Made by a program: the position numbers and the translations under genes | Notes under the pieces: model-generated | The model's database searches: none | The model's input: the letters and a program-made list of their open reading frames with translations, nothing else | What the model was told of the DNA's origin: nothing | NCBI GenBank assembly: GCA_031272155.1 | Contig: JAISUI010000103.1 | Coordinates: 71-64,070 of the forward strand | Source of the DNA: Tannerella sp. | GTDB lineage: Bacteria > Bacteroidota > Bacteroidia > Bacteroidales > Tannerellaceae | DNA: 64,000 nucleotides | Direction: 5' to 3' | Shown here: one piece after another, positions 1-9,368 of the stretch | Position numbering within the stretch: position 1 is the stretch's first letter | Layout: every line of letters begins with the position of its first letter

Positions 1-170
1 AGGCGCACAATATCGGTCTCTGTCGTAACTTTCAGAGGCATAAGGTTTAACACAACGACTTTGAGAGGGCGGATGTCCTGCGAGGAAGCGCGAAGCGAAT
101 CCATCACAAAGATATGCTCTTTCTTGAGCAATTCAATCGCAGGAAGATTTTTTTGAAGATTTAATGGCAT
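1..170 (-). CDS. metA: Homoserine O-acyltransferase (MetA family), 5' part; runs off window start
   Basis: Manual translation [52 protein letters not shown] matches the MetA N-terminus (QDIRPL..LNLMP.K..TE). Confidence 0.93.
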   Translation of the reverse strand, partial: MPLNLQKNLPAIELLKKEHIFVMDSLRASSQDIRPLKVVVLNLMPLKVTTETDIVR

Positions 171-193
171 GATTTTCTTGATGAAATTCTTAA

Positions 194-574
194 TTAATCC
201 CGTTGAACGATTTGCAGCAAGTTGCCTTCCGGATCAGTGAAATTGCGTATTCTGCCACCGCCTGCAGCTATAAACTCTGCGCCAAGCCAGTTGACGCCAT
301 GCGCGTCGAGCGCAGCCACTGCCTTGTCGAAATTGCTGACCCGCAGCGCCAAATGCGACCATCCGGGCGTATTGACCGTCCGCTCAGGGCGCGAGGTCTC
401 GTCCTTCGGCATCATCTCGATATAAGTACCATCGGGCGCCTCGATGATGTAAATAGGTTTGTCGGTCTCCGCAAAAACCTTGTAACCAAGCGTTTCGCAA
501 TACCATTTCGTTAATTTTGTAACATCCTCGCAAGCCAGCGCCGGATGGTCTATTCCTGTAAAAACTTCTTTCAT
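194..574 (-). CDS. VOC/glyoxalase family protein
   Basis: [25 protein letters not shown] and [13 protein letters not shown] motifs. Confidence 0.9.
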   Translation of the reverse strand: MKEVFTGIDHPALACEDVTKLTKWYCETLGYKVFAETDKPIYIIEAPDGTYIEMMPKDETSRPERTVNTPGWSHLALRVSNFDKAVAALDAHGVNWLGAEFIAAGGGRIRNFTDPEGNLLQIVQRD

Positions 575-713
575 AAATCAATGGAATTTAAATGTTTATA
601 TTTCGTTTCCTATGTATTATGGATGTAAAATAATTTGCAAAGGTAAAAAAAAATCAGGAAAAATTGTAGCAAATGACGAAAAGTTACGTTATATAAGTGA
701 AGAATAAACGAAG

Positions 714-1250
714 ATGACAGATTATAAGGCAATAATTCTTGAGGTCAGACGTGGTGACAGGCGGGCGCAAATGGTTTTCTATGACCTGTTTGCACAAACA
801 GTCTTCAACAGTGCGCTTGCGGTGGTCGGCAACCGCGAAGAGGCAGAGGAGATCATGCAGGAGTGTATCCTTAAAGCGCTTACAAAAACTGCCTTGTTGA
901 ATGACGACGCTGTGTCCATGAGACGTATCCTGAACCGTATGGCTGTAAATCTGTCTATTGACGCGCTTCGTAAACGTAAGGGTTTTATTATCAGTTGTGA
1001 ATCGTATGAAGCGATTGATTGTGAGGACGAAACGGAAGATGCAAAGTATGATTTTTCCGTAGAAGATATCCGAAAGGCTGTTGATGATCTGCCCGATACA
1101 TATCGAAGCATCTTAGCGTTACGGTTGTTCGCGGAATTGAGTTTTGACGAAATCGCCCGCCAACTTGGCGCTAAACCGGCAACGGTGCGCGTTCAATACA
1201 TGCGAGGGATCAACAAGTTACGGAAGGAATTAATAATTAAGAACGTATGA
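714..1250 (+). CDS. ECF RNA polymerase sigma factor
   Basis: Region 2 (EAEEIMQE..LK, RMAVNLSIDALRKRK) and region 4 HTH (LSFDEIARQLGAKPATVRVQYMRG). Confidence 0.92.
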   Translation: MTDYKAIILEVRRGDRRAQMVFYDLFAQTVFNSALAVVGNREEAEEIMQECILKALTKTALLNDDAVSMRRILNRMAVNLSIDALRKRKGFIISCESYEAIDCEDETEDAKYDFSVEDIRKAVDDLPDTYRSILALRLFAELSFDEIARQLGAKPATVRVQYMRGINKLRKELIIKNV

Positions 1251-1723
1251 TTATGATAGAGAAGATGATACAGGGACAGTTGGAGGAAATTTTTGGCGGT
1301 AGCATGTCAGAAGGGCATCGTTTGCGGTTTGAAGCGAAGTTGGAAACTGCAATGCAGCATAAGGAACGGCAAAAAAATAATGTCCGGAGGCTGATTATTT
1401 GGACTGCAGCGGCGGCAGCATGTTTAGCGATCGTTATCACATTGAATATCAATGTGAGCAACGACACTGAAGAGCCTTTTGCCGAAGTGCACAACTACTA
1501 CTCCATGCTTCTTGAAGAAGAAATGAAAACTACCATGCAAGCGCTTGATAAAATGGACGATACGTATAAGACGGAGGTTTGGCAAGACATAGAGACGCTT
1601 CTCGGCGAGCCGATACCCTTCAGGGAAGACGGCGAACAAAATACTTCGCTGATGATAGCTGCCTATTCTTCTAAAATCGAAGCGCTTCAACAAATAAAAA
1701 ACAATATTCAAATAAATAATTAA
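1247..1723 (+). CDS. Putative membrane-anchored anti-sigma factor
   Basis: Overlaps the sigma gene stop; GHRLRFEAKL motif followed by one TM helix (IIWTAAAAACLAIVITL). Confidence 0.7.
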   Translation: MIMIEKMIQGQLEEIFGGSMSEGHRLRFEAKLETAMQHKERQKNNVRRLIIWTAAAAACLAIVITLNINVSNDTEEPFAEVHNYYSMLLEEEMKTTMQALDKMDDTYKTEVWQDIETLLGEPIPFREDGEQNTSLMIAAYSSKIEALQQIKNNIQINN

Positions 1724-1744
1724 CAACTTAAAATTAATAAAGTT

Positions 1745-2761
1745 ATGAGATCTATTTATAGTACAATCATTTGTGTAGCCGTAACAATCGAGGCGGCAAT
1801 AGCGGGTGGCAATCCCAACGCAACAATCAAAGCCACAAACGGAAACGAACCCGCAAGTGAAGAATTTAAGCGCGAGATAGTCAAGGACTTCTCGGTTGGC
1901 GACGAGCCGATGCTCAATATTGAAAACAAGTACGGCAATATTCGCATCATTGAAGGCGTGGAAGGTAAAATCTCGTTCAGAATAGAGATCGTCGGCAAAG
2001 GACGCACTTCCAGCCTGGCAAAAGAGTATGCCGAAAAAGTGTCGGTTGATTTTTTGCAATCGGGTGACCGGGTTTCGGCGGAAACAAATTTCGAATCGCT
2101 GTCCTGCAGCAATTGCGGCCGCACCGTTCATTACACCGTCCTTGCCCCACGCAGTACAATATTGAAACTGACGAACAAGTATGGCAACATCATCCTTGAC
2201 GACGCGGAAAAAGAAGTAGTCGGCATAGACCTGAAGTATGGCAACTTGACCGCCCATTCAATTGATAATCTGAATCTTGATATTGCTTATGGCAATATTG
2301 ACATAACCAAGTGCAATGCCGTCAATGCCGATACAAAATACAGTGTGATCAAAATCGCTTCCGCCGAAACAATCTTGATGGATTCAAAATACGACAAGAT
2401 CACTCTCGGAAATGTAGGGAATATAAAACTCGAAACCAGCTACACAACCGTTAATATCGCTACTCTCGGCAAGCGTATGGAATGTGAGGATATCAAGTAC
2501 GGGCAGTTGAATATTTCGGAAGTGGCCGGCGATTTTGAAAGCATCAAAGTATCATCAAGCTATACAAACATTAAAATAGCGCTTTCAGACCACAGTTTCA
2601 AGGCCAAATTAAGCGTCAATTACGGCGAAATAAAAACGCCGAACAGCATGAAATTTACCAATGTTTCGGTGAAAGACAAGAATAACCTCGAAGGCGAGAT
2701 CGGTTCAAACCCTTCAGCAACGGTAGAAATCAGCGCCAAATACGGCAATATCAGCTTGTAG
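1745..2761 (+). CDS. DUF4097-like beta-strand repeat (adhesin-like) exported protein
   Basis: Signal peptide and repeated KYGNI/KYG units; third gene of the ECF module. Confidence 0.75.
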   Translation: MRSIYSTIICVAVTIEAAIAGGNPNATIKATNGNEPASEEFKREIVKDFSVGDEPMLNIENKYGNIRIIEGVEGKISFRIEIVGKGRTSSLAKEYAEKVSVDFLQSGDRVSAETNFESLSCSNCGRTVHYTVLAPRSTILKLTNKYGNIILDDAEKEVVGIDLKYGNLTAHSIDNLNLDIAYGNIDITKCNAVNADTKYSVIKIASAETILMDSKYDKITLGNVGNIKLETSYTTVNIATLGKRMECEDIKYGQLNISEVAGDFESIKVSSSYTNIKIALSDHSFKAKLSVNYGEIKTPNSMKFTNVSVKDKNNLEGEIGSNPSATVEISAKYGNISL

Positions 2762-3209
2762 TAACGGATGATGTATCCATGCGGTCGAACGGGGGCGGAA
2801 CGGAAATCCGCCCCGTTTCTTCGGTATCCGTATTCTTTGTAAATTTGATCGTTGACGACTGAGAATACATCTCCGTAAAATAACGAAATATTGCGGAGAT
2901 TCTTACAGCGTTGCAGAAAATACGCCGGTTGAGTTTTGGAAATAAAGCATAAGATCTCAATTTCCGTAAATAATCTATTATCAATACTTTGATATTTTTC
3001 TCCGCAATTTTTCGCTCAAGATAAATTGCCGGCAAATCATACAACAAAAACGTTTTACCGTCGAGCCATAATTTGTGGTCTGCGAATGTATTCGCCGCTT
3101 TTTTTACGGCCTCATTCTTCTCCCTTGAAAGCAATTTCTTGTTGATTTTGAGCTGTTCCACATCAGCAAACGACGTCAGGAACCTGTTGAAAAGGTATGT
3201 TCCGGCACT
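2751..3209 (-). pseudogene. Degenerate DnaB-like helicase C-terminal fragment
   Basis: Open frame reads YLFNRFLTSFADVEQLKINKKLLS...AANTFADHKLWLDG...NIKVLIIDYL, resembling the DnaB segment around Walker B (IIDYLQ); no Walker A; upstream in-frame stop. Confidence 0.5.
2788..2822 (+). terminator. Rho-independent terminator
   Basis: GGGGCGGA-loop-TCCGCCCC followed by GTTTCTT after the ECF operon. Confidence 0.65.
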
Positions 3210-3283
3210 TCATCTTTGCCTACAACCCACTCTGCCTTTTTTTTAATTTCCTCTTTGTTCCCATGCATTTGAAAAGAAAAGCG

Positions 3284-3291
3284 TATCTTTG
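3284..3291 (+). promoter_or_regulatory. Bacteroidetes primary-sigma -7 box (TATCTTTG) for rlmD
   Basis: Matches TAnnTTTG, 28 nt before ATG 3319. Confidence 0.65.
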
Positions 3292-3318
3292 TCCCGTCAA
3301 AACAGAGTTAAATTGATA

Positions 3319-4749
3319 ATGAAAAAGAAGACATTGCCTGTTTTATATGAGGTAGAAATCACGGACATTGCCGCTGAGGGAGTGGCTATTGCGAAGGTGG
3401 ATAGCATGGTTGTATTCGTTCCCTATGCAGCGCCTGGCGACGTGGTGGATATTCAACTGACACGTAAACGAAGCCATTACGCAGAAGGACGGGTCGTGCG
3501 CTTCCATCAATATGCTGCTGTTCGGACTACGCCGTTTTGCGAACATTTCGGCCTCTGCGGGGGCTGCAAGTGGCAGCATCTGCCATACGAAGCGCAATTA
3601 GCCTGCAAACAACAACAAGTGACGGACAGTCTGACTCGTATCGGTAAAATTGCCATCGGGACAGTGCATCCCATCCTTGGCTCGCAGAAAACGATTTGCT
3701 ACCGCAACAAACTTGAATTTACATTTTCCAACCGGCGATGGCTGACGGAGGACGAAGTGGTGACGCCCGACGAACCGCTCCGTCTCTGCGGTGCGGGGTT
3801 TCATATCCCGAAAATGTTTGACAAAGTGCTTGATATACGCCATTGCAGCCTCCAGGATGATATTTCAAACCGTATTCGTCTGAGTGTGAAAGACTATTGC
3901 CTGACGCACGAAGGTTATCCGTTTTTTGACCTCCGCAAACAGGAAGGTTTTATCCGTACATTAATTATACGTACTTCGCCGAAGGGCGGTGTGATGGCGA
4001 TCGTCGTCTTTTTCTATGAAGATAAAACCAGTCGCGAAGCCTTGTTGGAACACCTCCGCACGGAATTTCCCGAAATCACGTCGCTGATGTATGTTATTAA
4101 CGACAAATGCAACGATACGATTACCGATCGCGAAGTCATACTTTTCTGTGGAGAAGATCATTTGATCGAAGAAATGGAAGGATTGCAGTTCAGAGTCGGA
4201 CCGAAATCGTTTTACCAGACGAACAGCGAACAGGCCTATCGTCTCTATTGTGTGGTACGCGAATTTGCCGGACTGACTGGCGATGAAATCGTTTATGATC
4301 TCTATACCGGTACGGGTACAATAGCAAATTTTATGGCGCGGCAGGCGCGGAAAGTGATTGGTATTGAATATGTTCCTGAAGCCATCGAAGATGCGCGACG
4401 CAATGCGCGACTAAACGGATTAGACAATATACAATTCTTTGTCGGCGACATGAAAGACCTGCTTACGGAAGATTTTATCCGTAAACACGGACAGCCCGAC
4501 GTGATCATCACCGACCCGCCCCGCGCCGGAATGCACGACGATGTGATTGATGCGTTGCTGACGGCAGGCGCCGGGCGTATCGTGTATGTAAGTTGCAATC
4601 CCGCAACACAAGCGCGTGATTTGCAGAGGCTTAATAGCATGTATAAAGTGAAGGCCATTCAACCGGTGGATATGTTTCCGCATACTCACCACGTGGAGAA
4701 TGTCGCATGGCTTGAGAAAAAACAACTCCCTGAATCTGAGATTGTATGA
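3319..4749 (+). CDS. rlmD: 23S rRNA m5U1939 methyltransferase RlmD
   Basis: TRAM domain, CEHFGLCGGC Fe-S motif, SFYQTN, DPPRAG, YVSCNPATQARD, DMFPHTHHVE; start moved to ATG 3319. Confidence 0.95.
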   Translation: MKKKTLPVLYEVEITDIAAEGVAIAKVDSMVVFVPYAAPGDVVDIQLTRKRSHYAEGRVVRFHQYAAVRTTPFCEHFGLCGGCKWQHLPYEAQLACKQQQVTDSLTRIGKIAIGTVHPILGSQKTICYRNKLEFTFSNRRWLTEDEVVTPDEPLRLCGAGFHIPKMFDKVLDIRHCSLQDDISNRIRLSVKDYCLTHEGYPFFDLRKQEGFIRTLIIRTSPKGGVMAIVVFFYEDKTSREALLEHLRTEFPEITSLMYVINDKCNDTITDREVILFCGEDHLIEEMEGLQFRVGPKSFYQTNSEQAYRLYCVVREFAGLTGDEIVYDLYTGTGTIANFMARQARKVIGIEYVPEAIEDARRNARLNGLDNIQFFVGDMKDLLTEDFIRKHGQPDVIITDPPRAGMHDDVIDALLTAGAGRIVYVSCNPATQARDLQRLNSMYKVKAIQPVDMFPHTHHVENVAWLEKKQLPESEIV

Positions 4750-6116
4750 TGTACGCAAGATTATTTTCATCGTTATTTATTCTTCTTTTGCTTGGCAGTT
4801 GCGGCCCGAAGAGTGTGTCGGACGATTTTCCCACCCTTGCCGTCAAAGGCGAAATCACCGCCGTAACGCTTAATACTTCGACGGCCTATTTCCTATACAA
4901 GATGCAGCCGATGGGTTACGAATACGATCTGATTGCCGATTTCGCGCAAAGTAACAATCTGAAACTGAATATCAAAGTGGCCGAAAATGTTACCCGCCTG
5001 ACTGAAATGCTGCTCAATCACGAGGCGGATGTGGTGGCGTATCCGATGCAGGTGAATAACCAGCGCAAACAGGAAGTGCTGTACTGCGGCCACGAACGGC
5101 AGTCGAATTTAGTTATCGTGCAACGTGCCAATCGGGGTGATACAATCCTGAATGATGTCACGCAATTGATTGGCAAACAAGTATATGTAAAACCTAACTC
5201 CCGCTATCACGAACGTCTTGAAAACCTGAACCGTGAATTGGGCGGTGGTATCCAAATCATGGACATACAGCGAGATACGGTTACGGCTGAAGACCTGATA
5301 GAGATGGTCGCCCGCGGAGCGCTTCCCTATACGGTGTGCGAAGACGATGTGGCGCGACTGAACAGAACATACTTCCAGAATATCAATATCAGCCTGACAA
5401 TCAGTTTTAAGCAGCGCTATTCGTGGATAGTTAATAAAGATGCACCTTTGTTGGCGCAGGCGATTAACGAATGGGCGTCCAACAACACGGGAAAGAGTGC
5501 ATACCAGGCGGCTTCCAAACGTTATTTTGAAATATCCAAAAATTATTCCGACGGAATGATGCCGGAGGTGGTGAATGGACAGTTGTCGCTCTACGACAGC
5601 CTGTTCCAGTGTTATGCATCTAAAATCGGCTGGGACTGGCGATTAGTGGCATCCATTTCGTATGAGGAATCGCATTTCGAGCCAGCCAGGATTGCCTGGA
5701 CAGGCGCTGAAGGCCTGATGGGCATAATGCCGACAACAGCAGCGTACTTTGGTTATGCCCCGGAAGACATGAAATATCCGGACAAGAATATTGCCGCCGG
5801 TACAAAATGTCTGAAATTTTTTGGCTCTATCTATGCCGATGTGCCTGATTCAATGGAACGTATCAAATTTTGCTTAGCCGCCTACAATGCCGGCGCAGGC
5901 CACGTAAACGACGCGCGCGCATTAGCCGGCAAGTATGGCAAAGACCCTAATATGTGGGACGATGTTGCCGAATATATCCGCCTCAAGTCCGAACCGGAAT
6001 ATTTCAATGACCCGGTTTGTAAAAATGGGTATATGCGTGGTGTAGAGACAATTAAATATGTATATGAAGTAATGGAGCGGTATGATTACTACAAAGGGAA
6101 AATGCAAAAACAATAA
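4746..6116 (+). CDS. MltF-like lytic transglycosylase lipoprotein (SBP + SLT domains)
   Basis: Lipobox LLGSC; GYEYDL substrate-binding domain; SLT motifs EESHF, GLMGIMP, AAYNAGAGHV. Confidence 0.88.
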   Translation: MMYARLFSSLFILLLLGSCGPKSVSDDFPTLAVKGEITAVTLNTSTAYFLYKMQPMGYEYDLIADFAQSNNLKLNIKVAENVTRLTEMLLNHEADVVAYPMQVNNQRKQEVLYCGHERQSNLVIVQRANRGDTILNDVTQLIGKQVYVKPNSRYHERLENLNRELGGGIQIMDIQRDTVTAEDLIEMVARGALPYTVCEDDVARLNRTYFQNINISLTISFKQRYSWIVNKDAPLLAQAINEWASNNTGKSAYQAASKRYFEISKNYSDGMMPEVVNGQLSLYDSLFQCYASKIGWDWRLVASISYEESHFEPARIAWTGAEGLMGIMPTTAAYFGYAPEDMKYPDKNIAAGTKCLKFFGSIYADVPDSMERIKFCLAAYNAGAGHVNDARALAGKYGKDPNMWDDVAEYIRLKSEPEYFNDPVCKNGYMRGVETIKYVYEVMERYDYYKGKMQKQ

Positions 6117-6153
6117 ATCGGCAGTAATGGAGGTAACCATCCGAAGTGGTGCG

Positions 6154-6228
6154 TGAACTGTGCCGGGGTCGAACCGGCGACCTCCGCCCTGTCAAGGCGG
6201 CGCTCTGAACCAACTGAGCTAACAGTTC
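6154..6228 (-). tRNA. tRNA-Val(GAC)
   Basis: Cloverleaf GAACTGT/ACAGTTC, anticodon arm CCGCC-TTGACAG-GGCGG, T arm GCCGG-TTCGACC-CCGGC, A73; TACATTTG promoter at 6241-6248. Confidence 0.95.
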
Positions 6229-6313
6229 GCAATGAGGCTGCAAATGTATGAAATTTTTATGACTTAACAATAGAAAACAGTTCGACAATTTGTGAAAATG
6301 CTCGGAATGAGAC

Positions 6314-6347
6314 AAAAAATAAGCGTCATCTTCACGATGACGCTTAT
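6314..6347 (-). terminator. Rho-independent terminator of a candidate small RNA
   Basis: Perfect 12-bp stem ATAAGCGTCATC-GTGAA-GATGACGCTTAT then T run on the minus strand. Confidence 0.75.
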
Positions 6348-6416
6348 CGAAATGAAAAAGAATTATTTAACTTGGAAAAGGACCTTAAGATATCCTCTTC
6401 CTTTGTTTTAGTAATT
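6314..6416 (-). ncRNA. Candidate intergenic small RNA (~100 nt)
   Basis: TATATTTG promoter box (6423-6430, minus) about 75 nt before a strong terminator stem; no substantial ORF between them. Confidence 0.45.
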
Positions 6417-6752
6417 GCATGGCAAATATAATGGGAATCTATTTATTATGCAATAGGCGATCCAAAAAATAACAACTTTGTTGGACGTGGAAATAGCGCA
6501 TTTTTACATCGTTTCCCGCATAAAACCAAAAAAAAATTACAATTTCATCGAATTTTTTGGTGATGGATTCGCAAATTATTCATACCTTAGCGGTGTTTTT
6601 CAAATGATTTCCCGTGAAATCGCCTTTTCGCGTTCGGGCTAAAATCTTATATATTGAATTACAGCGTTTTAATAAAAAGTTAAAAAAAAGAGGCCTATGG
6701 GGCTTATTTAGATTGATTCTAAAGAAAAACGAACAAAAAAAAGTGGACTGAT

Positions 6753-7706
6753 ATGGACCTATTCGGAATTTTTAGTAAAGAAAAGAAAACGACTTTGGAA
6801 AAGGGGTTATCCAAAACGAAAGAGAGCGTATTCTCTAAACTGACAAAAGCCATCGTCGGCAGACGGCGAATTGACGATGCCGTACTGGATGAACTGGAAG
6901 AAATACTGATTACATCGGATGTTGGCGTAGATACGACACTGAAAATCATAGCTCGTATCGAAAAACGTGCGGCTACCGATAAATACGTAACAACAGAAGA
7001 CCTGACTGTCATTTTGCGCGAAGAAATCGCCGCTTTACTGACCGAAAACAAAACGGAAGATATGGAAGATTTCCAGCTCCCCGAAGACAAGAAACCCTAC
7101 GTTATTATGGTTGTTGGCGTGAATGGAGTGGGGAAGACTACAACTATAGGGAAATTGGCCTGTCAGTTCAAAAAGAAAGGGTTGAAGGTGTATCTCGGCG
7201 CAGCCGATACCTTTCGGGCGGCGGCTGTCGAGCAATTGACCATCTGGAGCGAACGGGTAGGCGTGCCTGTTGTCAAGCAAAGCATGGGATCCGATCCGGC
7301 CTCCGTAGCCTACGATACGCTCAATTCGGCCAAAGCCAACAACGCCGACGTAGTCATCATTGATACGGCCGGTCGTTTGCACAACAAAATCAACCTGATG
7401 AACGAACTGACGAAAATCAGGAATGTGATGAAAAAAATCGTGCCTGATGCGCCGCACGAAATTCTTTTGGTGCTGGATGGCTCTACCGGCCAGAATGCCT
7501 TTGAACAGGCCAAACAATTTGTGGCGGCTACGGAAGTCAATGCACTGGCTGTTACTAAATTGGATGGGACGGCCAAAGGCGGGGTCGTGATTGGAATTTC
7601 AGATCATTTCCATATTCCGGTCAAATATATTGGTCTGGGTGAGGGAATGGATGATTTACAGGTGTTTAACAAGAAAGCGTTTGTGGATTCCCTGTTTGGC
7701 GAATGA
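6753..7706 (+). CDS. ftsY: Signal recognition particle receptor FtsY
   Basis: GVNGVGKTTT, DTFRAAA, DTAGRLH, TKLDGTAKGG. Confidence 0.98.
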   Translation: MDLFGIFSKEKKTTLEKGLSKTKESVFSKLTKAIVGRRRIDDAVLDELEEILITSDVGVDTTLKIIARIEKRAATDKYVTTEDLTVILREEIAALLTENKTEDMEDFQLPEDKKPYVIMVVGVNGVGKTTTIGKLACQFKKKGLKVYLGAADTFRAAAVEQLTIWSERVGVPVVKQSMGSDPASVAYDTLNSAKANNADVVIIDTAGRLHNKINLMNELTKIRNVMKKIVPDAPHEILLVLDGSTGQNAFEQAKQFVAATEVNALAVTKLDGTAKGGVVIGISDHFHIPVKYIGLGEGMDDLQVFNKKAFVDSLFGE

Positions 7707-9001
7707 AAAGAAACAGAGTAGATATCATCACGATGGGATGTTCCAAGAATCTGGTGGATTCGGAACGACTGATGCGACAGTTTCAACTAAACGGATATTC
7801 TGTCGTTCATAATGCAAGGCGAGTAAACGGTGAAATCGTTGTGGTTAATACCTGCGCATTCATTCAGTACGCGCGCGAAGAATCCATCGGCATGATTTTA
7901 TCGTTAATCGCAGCCAAAAAACGTGGCTATGTCGGGCAACTCTACGTGATGGGATGTCTTTCGGAACGTTACCGTGGCGAACTTGAACAGGAATTGCCGG
8001 AGGTGGATAAATTTTATGGTAAATTCGATTGGAGCAGTTTATTCCATGATATCGGCAAATCTTATTACCGAAACAGAGATTCCGAACGCGCTCTGACAAC
8101 GCCCCGCCATTACGCCTACCTGAAAGTGGCCGAAGGATGCAACCGGAAGTGCGCCTATTGTTCCATACCGGTAATTACCGGACAATACCGGTCGCGCCCA
8201 ATGGATGAGATTCTCGCAGAAGCCGGCCGGTTGGTCAAAAAAGGTGTCAAAGAAATTCAATTGATAGCGCAAGACTTGACTTATTACGGCATAGATTTGG
8301 CTCGGAAATGCCTGTTGCCGGAACTTACGGAGCGGCTGGCAGATATCCGGGGCGTGGAGTGGATACGGCTTCATTACGGTTATCCGTCTAATTTCCCTTA
8401 TGATATTCTGCGAGTGATGCAGGAACAGGAAAATGTCTGCCGATACTTGGACATCGCCCTCCAGCATATCAGCGACCCGATGCTTCGACAAATGCGTCGC
8501 GGTATCACCAAACAGGCTACACTGGAATTGATAGAGCGGATCCGTGAAGAGGTGCCCGAAATACATCTCCGTACTACACTGATGGTCGGTCATCCGGGCG
8601 AGACCGAGCAGGATTTTGAAGAATTGCTCCAATTTGTCAGGGATGTCCGTTTTGAGCGCTTGGGCGCTTTCGCTTATAGCCACGAGGCGGATACGTATGC
8701 ATACGCACATTACCGGGATGAGATTCCCGCCGAAGTCAAACAAAAACGATTAGATGAATTGATGTGCGTTCAGGAAACGATTTCACGGGAACTGAACGAA
8801 GCTAAAATCGGGCGAACGTTCAAAACCATGATTGATGGTGAAGACGAAATGTATTATATCGGAAGAACCGAATTTGACTCCCCTGAAGTGGACCAGGAAG
8901 TGCTGATTTTAAAAAATCAGCCGTTGCTTATCGGTGAGTTCTATAATATTGACATTGAGCATATTGAAGCGTTTGAAATGTACGGAAAAATGTTAAATTA
9001 A
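7703..9001 (+). CDS. rimO: Ribosomal protein S12 methylthiotransferase RimO
   Basis: GCSKNLVDSE, NTCAFI, radical SAM CNRKCAYC, C-terminal GRTEFDSPEVD (TRAM). Confidence 0.95.
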   Translation: MKRNRVDIITMGCSKNLVDSERLMRQFQLNGYSVVHNARRVNGEIVVVNTCAFIQYAREESIGMILSLIAAKKRGYVGQLYVMGCLSERYRGELEQELPEVDKFYGKFDWSSLFHDIGKSYYRNRDSERALTTPRHYAYLKVAEGCNRKCAYCSIPVITGQYRSRPMDEILAEAGRLVKKGVKEIQLIAQDLTYYGIDLARKCLLPELTERLADIRGVEWIRLHYGYPSNFPYDILRVMQEQENVCRYLDIALQHISDPMLRQMRRGITKQATLELIERIREEVPEIHLRTTLMVGHPGETEQDFEELLQFVRDVRFERLGAFAYSHEADTYAYAHYRDEIPAEVKQKRLDELMCVQETISRELNEAKIGRTFKTMIDGEDEMYYIGRTEFDSPEVDQEVLILKNQPLLIGEFYNIDIEHIEAFEMYGKMLN

Positions 9002-9077
9002 TATAAAAGAAATAGATGTATTTGTTTGTTTCCGAAAAAACATTTAATATCGGGGCAAAATAGAAACCAAAATAGTT

Positions 9078-9368
9078 ATGAAAGAAGCCGAATTAGTATC
9101 CGAACTGTCAGCCAGATTGGGCTGGGAAAAGAAAGATGTGGAAGCCACGCTGACCACATTCGGGATCGTGATTGGAGAAAAATTGTCCAATAACGACACG
9201 ATAAGCCTGCACGGACTCGGGCAATTTGAGTCCAAAAAGAAAGCGGAACGCATATCAGTCAATCCGACTAACGGAAAACGCTATCTGATTCCGCCCAAAT
9301 TGGTGCTCGCCTTTAAACCGGTAGTGCCCCTGAAAACCTATCTTAAAACATTAGACAGCCATGAATGA
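9078..9368 (+). CDS. HU/IHF family DNA-binding protein
   Basis: GLGQFE..KKAERISVNPTNGKRYLIPPK..AFKP. Confidence 0.92.
   Translation: MKEAELVSELSARLGWEKKDVEATLTTFGIVIGEKLSNNDTISLHGLGQFESKKKAERISVNPTNGKRYLIPPKLVLAFKPVVPLKTYLKTLDSHE

Noticed and set aside
1424-2257. Long antisense ORFs (also 8039-8743, 9981-10751, 15741-16433 and others)
   Set aside because: Shadows of well-supported genes on the opposite strand, with no recognisable motifs
6147-6153. CCA a few bases after tRNA-Val as an extended acceptor
   Set aside because: Not directly after the discriminator; the other two tRNAs here also lack encoded CCA, so probably chance
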